Below, one piece after another: positions 30,010 through 38,663 of a stretch of 64,000 nucleotides of DNA. The notes below the pieces were generated by a model. That model saw only the letters and a program-made list of their open reading frames with translations. It made no database searches and was not told the DNA's origin. The position numbers and the translations under genes are program-made. The stretch comes from Candidatus Heimdallarchaeota archaeon (GTDB lineage: Archaea > Asgardarchaeota > Heimdallarchaeia > JABLTI01), in assembly GCA_019058275.1 (NCBI GenBank), contig JAHLVW010000058.1, positions 1 to 64,000 of the forward strand, given 5' to 3'. Positions within the stretch are counted from its first letter, which is position 1. Every line of letters begins with the position of its first letter.

Positions 30010-30975
30010 TTAAATGGGTATGCCATCATCTTTATTTTTGCTTACTTCGATGAGATTTTCTATAGCAATTCTGCCATTTTCTCCTTCCTCTATGAAGATA
30101 TCTAATACCATTTCTGCGATTTGCTTTGCTTTACCTAGAGCACCACCACGTTCTACAAACAAGCAGCATATTTTTTGCATTCTTGATACCAGAACCATTG
30201 AATAGTCACCTACAGTTACAACATCAAGAAAACTTGAATCCTTAAATAGAGTTCTAGTCATGGAATTTAACGCTGAAAGCAAACCAGTGATTAAAACAGC
30301 ATCCTGTTCTCTATCTGTAACATTCGAAAATTGAGCATCAAAATCAAGCAAACCATTGACATCGTAAATTAACGCTCTGTGAACTGTAACAGTTTCATGA
30401 TATCCTTCATAGGCCATTAGTTTGGAAACAAACCAATCAAAAGCACGATAGATGCCTTCACCTGAAATTATAGTACAAATTTCAAAATGGAAAGATCTCG
30501 GTTCAGTTGGTGATGAGATTCTTGTTAAATCAAAATAGTTCATAACTTCACTAAGATTGATTTTTCGTTCAGGATCTCTTTTATTGATCATAACTAAAAG
30601 AGGAACGTTTGAAGGTAATTGATCAACAATAGTATGGAAAGGTTCTATGGATTTTTGTAAACTTTCTTCTGATTCTCCATTAATAGTGTAAACAATTCCA
30701 TCTGTAATGGACAAGAAATATTCTACAATCTTTTCATCATTTAGAATATCCTTGCCAAGATCGATAAGTTTGAACCATTCTGTACCGTAAGAGATATCAA
30801 CCCAATTCATAACAGTGTCAGGATAGACTTTATCACGACTAGAAGAAAGCAAATGATAAAGCAAAGTAGTCTTACCAGAACTCTTTTCACCCATCAGTAA
30901 AACCCAAGGAATAGTGTGATCTTTCTTTTGCAAATAAGTTGAAAATGCTTCGATTGCTTTGCGTGAACCTTTCAT
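30010..30975 (-). CDS. Degenerate Arf-like GTPase fused to a C-terminal longin/roadblock-like domain
   Basis: G1 GEKSSGKTT, altered G3 IDLGKD, G4 NKRD, GEGIYRAFDWF; C-domain ALIYDVNGL...DAVLITGLLSAL...VTVGDYSMVLV. Confidence 0.75.
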   Translation of the reverse strand: MKGSRKAIEAFSTYLQKKDHTIPWVLLMGEKSSGKTTLLYHLLSSSRDKVYPDTVMNWVDISYGTEWFKLIDLGKDILNDEKIVEYFLSITDGIVYTINGESEESLQKSIEPFHTIVDQLPSNVPLLVMINKRDPERKINLSEVMNYFDLTRISSPTEPRSFHFEICTIISGEGIYRAFDWFVSKLMAYEGYHETVTVHRALIYDVNGLLDFDAQFSNVTDREQDAVLITGLLSALNSMTRTLFKDSSFLDVVTVGDYSMVLVSRMQKICCLFVERGGALGKAKQIAEMVLDIFIEEGENGRIAIENLIEVSKNKDDGIPI

Positions 30976-31111
30976 AATTTCTTCTCCCTTAACAGAAGAT
31001 TATCCTTAACGTTGCAATTTTTTTATGATAATTATTTGTAAGTATTAAATATATGATTATCGGTCTGTAATAAACTGGGAAAAGAAGAATAAAAAGAAGG
31101 AAAAAGAGAAT

Positions 31112-32074
31112 TTAAGAGATAGCATCAAGCGGGAAGTAATTTGAGATTACTTTTTCTAATGAAACAGAGAGACCTTTAAGGTAATCCATCTCAATTGCTT
31201 CAAAGATACGACTTGCTATTGTGAGAACTCTACTGACAGGATCATTGACATCAATCAAAATACCCATCACAAAAAGCTTATTCTTAATGATAACAAGCTG
31301 GTAATGTCCCATAATTTCCAAAACAGTGACAGCTTCGTTGTAATCTCTCATCTGTTTTGCAAATCGTTCTGTTTCTTTAATTGATTCCCGATATGCAGTA
31401 GCTACATCTGCTTGCTGAGTCGGGCTACCAAAGATGGCTTGATCAAGTTCTTTACCATTAGAATCAAAAACAACAGCTGAGAAAATCTTAACATGCCAAG
31501 TAGGGATAGCTTTATCTTTAGAGACAATATTAACTAACCAATCCCAAGCAGGGAATAATCCCTCGCCAGATAAGGCAGAGCACCTGAACATATTGAAAGC
31601 ACGATCTTGGCGAGTCATTTTTTGTAATTCAAGGGTTTCCATAACTTCAACAGTTGAAGCAGCTTCTTCTTTATCAGATTTGTTGACCAAGAAAAGAATG
31701 GGAGCACTCTGATCAGTATTTTCTAAAGATTCGTAAAAGACGTCTTTAGCCAATTGAAAGCGCTTCTTATCAGCAGCATCAATGACAAAGACAATAACTT
31801 GAGCTTTAGTAATAAATTTCTTCCACAAAGTCTTACGAATTGGTGCATGACCACCAAGATCCCAAACAACGAATTCTAAAGTACGATAACGATAAAGTTC
31901 AATATTAACGCCAAAAGTTGGCTTGGAAAGGGTGTACTCAGAACGTAAAATTCTTTTCATGATTGTTGTCTTCCCCGCTGCATCCAGTCCTATTATCGCT
32001 ACATGTTGTTTTACTGGTCTTCCATCTGCCCCTTTTCTTTTGTCTGCGCTGATTAATCTTCTTAGGAAACTCAA
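31112..32074 (-). CDS. Arf/Sar1-like GTPase with N-terminal amphipathic helix and C-terminal longin/roadblock-like domain
   Basis: MSFLRRLI N-helix, G1 GLDAAGKTT, G2 PTFG, G3 WDLGGH, FVIDAAD, G4 NKSD, G5 CSA, GEGL...WDWL; C-domain AVVFDSNGK...LEIMGHYQLVIIK. Confidence 0.88.
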   Translation of the reverse strand: MSFLRRLISADKRKGADGRPVKQHVAIIGLDAAGKTTIMKRILRSEYTLSKPTFGVNIELYRYRTLEFVVWDLGGHAPIRKTLWKKFITKAQVIVFVIDAADKKRFQLAKDVFYESLENTDQSAPILFLVNKSDKEEAASTVEVMETLELQKMTRQDRAFNMFRCSALSGEGLFPAWDWLVNIVSKDKAIPTWHVKIFSAVVFDSNGKELDQAIFGSPTQQADVATAYRESIKETERFAKQMRDYNEAVTVLEIMGHYQLVIIKNKLFVMGILIDVNDPVSRVLTIASRIFEAIEMDYLKGLSVSLEKVISNYFPLDAIS

Positions 32075-32412
32075 ACTTTGTTTTTCTCCATTTTCTTTCT
32101 ACTTTTTTTTCGTTATTCTTTGTTGTTCTCTTTTACTAAAAAGTCTTTTTATTTACTTTCCATCTGCTTCCTTTTTTAAATTCCTTTTGTGCTAAGATAT
32201 ATATTAGTCGGTTTTCAATCTTCAAAAATCTTCCCTTTCTGCTATTCTTTCCCTTTACTGTTTATTTTTCTTTGAAAATTCTAAAGTCTTTTCTTTCACA
32301 TTTTTTTTGTCAGTTTGTTTTGTCTGTACCCTCTATTAGCTAAGCATTCAAATACATTCAATTTTTTTAGCTTGTGAGAATTAAAATAACGATGAATTGT
32401 TATTTAATTAGA

Positions 32413-33537
32413 TTATTGATTATAAGCTTCATTGAATTGTTCTTTCACTGATTCTGCTATACTCTCAGGAGTTGCAGCTGCGATTGGTTCAAAATGTAAA
32501 AGTTCCATGAATCCAATATCTCCTGTATAATTTGGCATAAGGTTTGGTCTTGTGACAATTCTTAAGTTAATTCGAAATGAATCATAATGATCTTCATTTA
32601 TTGGTCCTATATACATAGCCACATTCACTGATGTTGCTCCTCTTCCAATGTAAAGAGCTTTTAGTGCCTGTGAAATGCCCTTTGCCAATTCTGTACTTTC
32701 TTCTTTTGTAAATACAGATATATCTGTTTTTGGAATTTTAACAATGCCAGTTAGTTCATTTTTCCCTAAAGGTGAGTAAGTTGCTATCCAAGCCATAAAG
32801 TTATTTTCAGTAATAAACCGTTCATTGATTTCCTTTTCAGCTTCAATAAGATCTAACCAATAATTTGAACCATTTTTTGCATATTGTTTACTTCTACCCA
32901 TTAGAATTTCGGTGTATTTTGTTGGTTTAACATCTTGAATAATTTGAATATGTGGATGTATTATTGATGACGCGGATGGTGGGAGATAATTGAAATTGAT
33001 TGACGGATATTTTACAGATTTATCAAATTTATTCACAGCTTTAAAATATTTAATTGAACCTGCTATTGCATCTTGCCAAATTTCAGGTGTAAAATCTTGC
33101 AATGGGGTAAAATGCTTATCTCCTAAAGTACCTACCGCATGGTATTGTGAAAAAACAAATAAGTTTGGAAATAAAGTGAAAGTTCCTTGTTTTATCCTAT
33201 CACCTAATCCTAATTCTTTGGGAAATCTTGGAGTAGATTTCTCAACATTTTCAGGACAGAAAAAACATTTCTTAGAAGAATTCTCGATAACAGATTGTAG
33301 ATTTTGCTCGTAATTTTCACTAGGCATCGTAGCTTGTTTAACACGATCTGCTCGCAATTTGTTAATTCTTGAGTAATGATTTGTTAAAGGATCTTTTCTG
33401 TACTCGATTTTTTGCTCCACAAGCTTGTAGCTGTCTAAAGGACTATGGATTTTTGCAGAACGAATTACTTTTTCGAATTTAATCTTACCTACTTTAACTT
33501 TTATATTTTCTTCGTTTTTCTTTACTTTTTCTGGCAT
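32413..33537 (-). CDS. galT: Galactose-1-phosphate uridylyltransferase-like (HIT/GalT family)
   Basis: EYRKDPLT, CFFCP, FPNLF and ASSSIIHPHIQ (HxHxQ) motifs. Confidence 0.8.
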   Translation of the reverse strand: MPEKVKKNEENIKVKVGKIKFEKVIRSAKIHSPLDSYKLVEQKIEYRKDPLTNHYSRINKLRADRVKQATMPSENYEQNLQSVIENSSKKCFFCPENVEKSTPRFPKELGLGDRIKQGTFTLFPNLFVFSQYHAVGTLGDKHFTPLQDFTPEIWQDAIAGSIKYFKAVNKFDKSVKYPSINFNYLPPSASSIIHPHIQIIQDVKPTKYTEILMGRSKQYAKNGSNYWLDLIEAEKEINERFITENNFMAWIATYSPLGKNELTGIVKIPKTDISVFTKEESTELAKGISQALKALYIGRGATSVNVAMYIGPINEDHYDSFRINLRIVTRPNLMPNYTGDIGFMELLHFEPIAAATPESIAESVKEQFNEAYNQ

Positions 33538-33716
33538 TCTATCACAACTTTAATTCTTAAGATGAATTTATTTTTCTAACTTTACCTTCGACTTAAAAAA
33601 TGTGCTATTATACCTAACTTATTTTTTCATGGCATAAGAAATGGTTATTAAAAACAATTGAGTATATTATTTCAGAGATTAGTGCTTTTGCAAGATTTTC
33701 TGGGTTGTTATGAAAT

Positions 33717-34016
33717 TTGCCAAAAACAAAAATCGAAAGACCTGAAGCTATTTTAAGAAAGAAAAGAAATACACAGAAGGGATTACAAGTACGTAATAGA
33801 ATTTTGAAATTACTTTATGAAAATCCTACAAAGTCCTTTACTACTTCAGAAATTATTGAGGGTGTAGGTATAAATTATTCATCGATTACTTACCATCTAA
33901 AAAACATGCTAGTAGAAAATGTCGTTAATAACAGAAAAAGAGCAAGAAGAAATATTTGGCAAATTACTGGTTTAGGTCAACAAACAATCAAAAGATGGTT
34001 AGAAAACGATGAATAG
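33717..34016 (+). CDS. Winged helix-turn-helix (ArsR-like) transcriptional regulator
   Basis: RNRILKLLYE...TTSEIIEGVGINYSSITYHLKNM...WQIT. Confidence 0.8.
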   Translation: MPKTKIERPEAILRKKRNTQKGLQVRNRILKLLYENPTKSFTTSEIIEGVGINYSSITYHLKNMLVENVVNNRKRARRNIWQITGLGQQTIKRWLENDE

Positions 34017-34142
34017 CTTATTTTGTTTAAACAATCAAGATTACAAACATTTCCTAATCTTTTTTTTTAATTCATTAACCTTAGAAAAGCAAAGCAAATA
34101 TTTTTGAATCACTTCGAGAAAACAAGATAAGGTTAGATCCGT

Positions 34143-35603
34143 ATGAGTTATGTATCCTGGTACCCCAAAAATCCGCGTGAAAGATTAAACTTCTTCTTGC
34201 GAACATTTCCAGCATTTCTAGTTATGTTATTTGTCTTATACTATGTTTTAGATTGGGTAGGAGCATTCGAATTTTTAGAAATATTGGTCAGAGATAATTC
34301 TGTTTGGTTGTTAAAAGTAATATTTGGTTATGAAAATGCAAATCCTGGACTGTTTGAAAGAAGAGATCTAGATCCTCTAACAGGTGGTATCATTCGTTTT
34401 GGAACACCACATTTTCCAGGATTAGATCTAGGTGCAGATTATCCTAGAATTTTATTGATAATTCGCGCTTGCACTGGCATGGAAGCAGGTGCCTTGTTGG
34501 GTGCACTTATCTTTATCACTCCAGCAAAGTGGGAAAATAAAGTAGTTGCTCATATAACAAACCTATTAATGATGCATATAGGTAATACTTTTAGAGTAAC
34601 ATTCCATTTTTGGTTTACTCAATACCTTTATGGATTATGGGGAGATGCAGATAAAGCATTCTTTTACGCTCATGATATGTTAAGTAAAGTCTTTGGGTTT
34701 GTAGGCATCGTTATTTTTACTCTTGTAATAGAAAGAACTGGAGTGAAAATAGTATCAACATTCGGTGCGTGGATCGATGCTTTTGCCGAAGGATTCAAAC
34801 GATTTACATGGAGAATAAGAGGTAAAGCTTACTACACAAAAGCTTCAGAAGCATATGAAGAAATAGCTACTGCTGATGCAAGTGTTCCAACAAGAGTAGA
34901 AAAGCTTGATGAGGTGAATTTCTATCCGCAGGAAGAAATTTCCAATAATAAATGGAAATTCTTTACAAATACCTTTACAATTTTTGCAGGAGTTTCATTA
35001 GGAATTATGTTATTAGGTCTAATACCTCCACTAAATCAAATAATTGGAACATCATCAGATGCAATTGCAGTGAATTGGTTTGGAGCTGCTAGAACGGAAT
35101 CTGAAGCTCTTAACACGTTTTGGTGGACTTCAAGATACTTAAGATTAGAAGGAAATGATTTTGTAATAAATATTGCCAGTTCTGGAATGCTTATGTTTGC
35201 CATCTTAATTGCAGGATTAATTGTCACCCCAGGAAGATGGAAAAATAAATCAATTGCAATGTCAATAACCCTTTTTGTTATTTTCCCGCTAAACATCTTC
35301 AGACTAGGTTTCCAAAAATGGGCAACATGGGCTTTAGCAAATGGTGAAATTAGTGGTACTCGACCTTTAATGTATCTGAATTTAGCTGATATGATTACTA
35401 CTTGGTTCCCCTTTATTTTCTGGGTTTTGATATTTGCTATATTACTTGTGATCTATAACAAATTAAATGTGAAGGTTTTCACTGTTATGTGGGCTTGGTT
35501 ACATCAACTAGTATTCACTTTAGGTTGGATAGTTGGTTTACAAGATAAGCCAGGTAAAATAGTAAAAGATACAGAGGAAAAAGTAGCAATAAGTAGTGAA
35601 TAA
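34143..35603 (+). CDS. Exosortase/archaeosortase family protein with two tandem sortase domains
   Basis: Domain 1: IIRAC110TG, NTFR151V, AH177D (Cys-Arg-His triad). Domain 2: INIAS346SG, NIFR387L, LA415D. Confidence 0.85.
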   Translation: MSYVSWYPKNPRERLNFFLRTFPAFLVMLFVLYYVLDWVGAFEFLEILVRDNSVWLLKVIFGYENANPGLFERRDLDPLTGGIIRFGTPHFPGLDLGADYPRILLIIRACTGMEAGALLGALIFITPAKWENKVVAHITNLLMMHIGNTFRVTFHFWFTQYLYGLWGDADKAFFYAHDMLSKVFGFVGIVIFTLVIERTGVKIVSTFGAWIDAFAEGFKRFTWRIRGKAYYTKASEAYEEIATADASVPTRVEKLDEVNFYPQEEISNNKWKFFTNTFTIFAGVSLGIMLLGLIPPLNQIIGTSSDAIAVNWFGAARTESEALNTFWWTSRYLRLEGNDFVINIASSGMLMFAILIAGLIVTPGRWKNKSIAMSITLFVIFPLNIFRLGFQKWATWALANGEISGTRPLMYLNLADMITTWFPFIFWVLIFAILLVIYNKLNVKVFTVMWAWLHQLVFTLGWIVGLQDKPGKIVKDTEEKVAISSE

Positions 35604-35637
35604 ATTTGGACTTCTCTTTCTAGCTGGTGATGTAGTC

Positions 35638-36339
35638 TTGTCAAAAAAAGATAAAAGAACTGAAAAAAAAGAAAAATTAGAAGCAAGACTAAGAAAAGAA
35701 AAGATAGAAAAACAAGTCCAAGAAATTACTGATGAGTATAAACCTGCAGATATTAGAACATTAGTTGAATTAATTGAAGAAAAATATGAAACCCCACAAG
35801 ATGAAGTACTCAAGATTTTAAGAGAAAAGGAACAAAGAAAAGAAATAACTTTACAAGAACCAATTGTTGAACCCACTTCATTACCAAAAAATCTCAAAGA
35901 ATATTTCTTTAAGAAAAATTATTTCTCAATTGAATTCTGGACAGTAATCATAACCATTTGTTTGGTATCAATATTTGTCTTTGTAAATGTGGAAACAGGT
36001 TTCTTCTTTATAATGAGATACATTGTTGTAAGTTTCTTCATGCTTATATTATCTGGTTGGACATTGACAGCAGCAATATTTCCTGAATTGAATGATAATT
36101 TCCGGTTTTTAGAAAGAGCAGCAACAGCAATTGGATTCAGTATTGTAATCCTTGTAGTTGATGGCTTATTTCTAAATTATACTTTTCATTTCAATCCAGT
36201 ATCAATTGGTGTTAGTCTAATTATCATAACCATATTACCATTGGTAATAGCAATAGGTTTGAGAATGAAATTATCTAGAGATGGGTATATTTTCAGAAGA
36301 AAGGAAGATGAACCAGAAGAAGAAATCTTTGAAGGTTGA
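35638..36339 (+). CDS. DUF1616-type membrane protein (membrane half)
   Basis: RY.....ML..SGW.L.AAIFP....RFLERAA.AIGFSI...GLFLNYT pattern. TTG at 35638 follows GGTGA. Confidence 0.7.
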   Translation: MSKKDKRTEKKEKLEARLRKEKIEKQVQEITDEYKPADIRTLVELIEEKYETPQDEVLKILREKEQRKEITLQEPIVEPTSLPKNLKEYFFKKNYFSIEFWTVIITICLVSIFVFVNVETGFFFIMRYIVVSFFMLILSGWTLTAAIFPELNDNFRFLERAATAIGFSIVILVVDGLFLNYTFHFNPVSIGVSLIIITILPLVIAIGLRMKLSRDGYIFRRKEDEPEEEIFEG

Positions 36340-36346
36340 TGATTAT

Positions 36347-36841
36347 ATGTTCGATTATAATAAAAGGAAATTCTCACAAAAATCTAGATCAAAATTGATT
36401 ATCAGCTTACTAATTTCTAGTGTAGTAGTTCCTGTTTTCTTTTATGAATTAAATTTATCTAAAGTATCAGCTGCAACACAAACAGAAGCTTTTGAAGCAA
36501 TCACAACTGCATTTGAATTAATTGAACAAGCGAGTGAACAAGGTATTAATGTTACAAATCAAGCAACTAAATTAAATAGTGCAATTTCTGATTATAACTC
36601 AGGGAATTATAATAATGCGTATAATGTTGCACAAGAAATAATTGTTGATGTTGAAGAATTAATAGATAATTATCGAACTGGAAGATTATTCCCATATATT
36701 CTCATCCCATTTAATTTAGCATTAGTTGCATCATTAATTATTTTTTTTGGCAGAAATGTCAAGAATTGGTATCAGAAAAGAAGAGATGAAGAATATCTGG
36801 ATTTGGAAATCGTTTATGAAAATGGAGAAGAGAGAAACTAA
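36347..36841 (+). CDS. Small secreted helical protein with a C-terminal TM anchor
   Basis: Signal peptide ending VSA-A, helical AFEAI..A.E.G.NV....LN.A domain, then PYILIPFNLALVASLIIFFG followed by RNVKNWYQKRR. Confidence 0.7.
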   Translation: MFDYNKRKFSQKSRSKLIISLLISSVVVPVFFYELNLSKVSAATQTEAFEAITTAFELIEQASEQGINVTNQATKLNSAISDYNSGNYNNAYNVAQEIIVDVEELIDNYRTGRLFPYILIPFNLALVASLIIFFGRNVKNWYQKRRDEEYLDLEIVYENGEERN

Positions 36842-36859
36842 ATGCTAGGTGGTGAAAAA

Positions 36860-37468
36860 ATGACCAAGAATAGTAAACCAGAAAGAGCCAAACGAGAAAT
36901 AGACTTAGATCTTGTAGCTAAAATTGTTATGGTTTTATCTATTATTGGTATAGTTGTTACTACAATTATGATCTTTACTCCACCTATAAGTAGTGAGGAT
37001 TATGCAGAACTAGCATTACTGACTTATGATCCTGCTACAGAAGAATATAGAGCAGATAATTATCCAACAAGTGTTGATTACAATCAAACTGCAGGATTAT
37101 CTGAAGGCATTTCACTTTCCTTCATGCTGAGTAATTATTACAACATCGCTAAATTTTATGAAGTTAGACTAAAAATCGGTTTATACAATGTTGTGATTTC
37201 AGAGGATACACCCGGCTCCAATACATCGACATACTTCTATCAAGAGCATTGGAAGCAAAAGGTTTTAGCTTATGAACAAATCTGGGGTCCATCTCAACAA
37301 ACAAATGTTACCTTTAACTTTAATTCGGATATAATTACTAAACTAGGACTGGAAAGCAATGGTTACAAATTGATTTTTGAGTTATGGGAATGGAACAGTA
37401 ATCTAGATGATTTCGATTATACTGGAATATTTGTTTATCTTACATCTTTTAAACTAAATCTAGTCTAA
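36860..37468 (+). CDS. DUF1616-type protein (N-terminal TM plus extracytoplasmic half)
   Basis: Single TM, then EDYAELALL...ADNYP...Y.VRLK...KLIFELW. Confidence 0.65.
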   Translation: MTKNSKPERAKREIDLDLVAKIVMVLSIIGIVVTTIMIFTPPISSEDYAELALLTYDPATEEYRADNYPTSVDYNQTAGLSEGISLSFMLSNYYNIAKFYEVRLKIGLYNVVISEDTPGSNTSTYFYQEHWKQKVLAYEQIWGPSQQTNVTFNFNSDIITKLGLESNGYKLIFELWEWNSNLDDFDYTGIFVYLTSFKLNLV

Positions 37469-37542
37469 CTCGTTATGACTTTCCTTTTCAGAATTAATTT
37501 CAATCATGATTCTATTTAACTGCTTAGAGTGATTTTTCTTTT

Positions 37543-37707
37543 CTAAAGTTCATTTTCATTAGACATATTTTTACTTGAAAAATTTTGACAATTTCGTAAC
37601 TTAGTTGTATTCCTTGATAAAATATATTTTCCTTTAACTAAGCAAAAATTATCAACTCTCAAATACTCACAATTATAACAACAATTGCGAATGTTTGATG
37701 GTAGCAT
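37543..37707 (-). CDS. Small Cys-rich protein (54 aa), putative metal or Fe-S binding
   Basis: MLPSNIRNCCYNCEYLRVDNFCLVKG...RNCQNF, with CxxC-x8-C-x17-C spacing. Confidence 0.45.
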   Translation of the reverse strand: MLPSNIRNCCYNCEYLRVDNFCLVKGKYILSRNTTKLRNCQNFSSKNMSNENEL

Positions 37708-37756
37708 AGATAAATATACAGAGTTCAGTATAAAAACACACGAAAAAAAAAGAGCT

Positions 37757-38602
37757 TTATGCATCAATTATTTCTTCTGTTTCTGCTCTTTTCTCAAGGT
37801 TTAGCTTAACCTTTGTCTGCTGAATATGAGCATTGAATGCTTTCTGCCAGAAAAAATCCAGTGTTAAATTGATAATTGTTAAAGCAAAAATTATCCCTAG
37901 AATGCTCCAAAACAATGCTGGGAATGAGTTACGTATGTCAATGCTTGTTGCAAAATTGATTATTGTAGGAATTAATGCTATTAGATGAGAGAGAATTAAT
38001 GGTACCATATAGTAAGCTGGGTGAGGAATTTTGAAAAAAGCCATTTCTTTTTTCTGATCTCTCAAATGATAATATAGACTTGAATACTTCTTATGATATA
38101 TCCACCAGAGAATGGGAATAAAACCGAAACAAATAGCTATGAAAAATAACATCAGTGTTTGTGAAGCACTGACTTGAATTGACTCTGCTCTGGACTCATT
38201 TGGATAATGGGAATGCTTCTCTAAATCCTCTATATTTATGAACAAATAAATGAGAAAGAATAAACCAACAGTAACTATTCCCAAAATCAACCAAATCAGG
38301 TAATTTCTTTGAGGTATAATCTCGTGAGATTTTGGGATATATTGTGGTTTAGCTTCAAGTTGATCCATTGTATCAATATCAGGTGTGTGAATAATTATTG
38401 CATTATTTGATTCATCATCTTGGATAAAATCTTGATATTGTTGTTGTGGAATTACCTTTGTTTCTTCTTTATCATTACTTACAGTTTCATCATTTGCAGC
38501 AAAATCGATCTTGTCGATATCAGCACCACAAAAAGGACACTTGTCAATTTCTTCATCTACAAATGAACCACAGTTTTTACAAGTTGGCAAGTTAAATTCC
38601 AC
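37757..38602 (-). CDS. Zinc-ribbon plus DUF4234-like membrane protein
   Basis: N-terminal CKNCG...CPFCGA; RNYLIWLILGIVTVGLFFLIY and a WQKAFNAH end. Confidence 0.7.
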   Translation of the reverse strand: MEFNLPTCKNCGSFVDEEIDKCPFCGADIDKIDFAANDETVSNDKEETKVIPQQQYQDFIQDDESNNAIIIHTPDIDTMDQLEAKPQYIPKSHEIIPQRNYLIWLILGIVTVGLFFLIYLFINIEDLEKHSHYPNESRAESIQVSASQTLMLFFIAICFGFIPILWWIYHKKYSSLYYHLRDQKKEMAFFKIPHPAYYMVPLILSHLIALIPTIINFATSIDIRNSFPALFWSILGIIFALTIINLTLDFFWQKAFNAHIQQTKVKLNLEKRAETEEIIDA

Positions 38603-38663
38603 ATGAAAGTTTTTTTAATTTCTAAGGCTAATTGGCAAAAGGGATATTCCAGTTATTAAATTT

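Noticed and set aside
31923-32195. Phe-rich 90-aa plus-strand ORF
   Set aside because: It is antisense to the Arf-like gene and runs through a T-rich intergenic tract.
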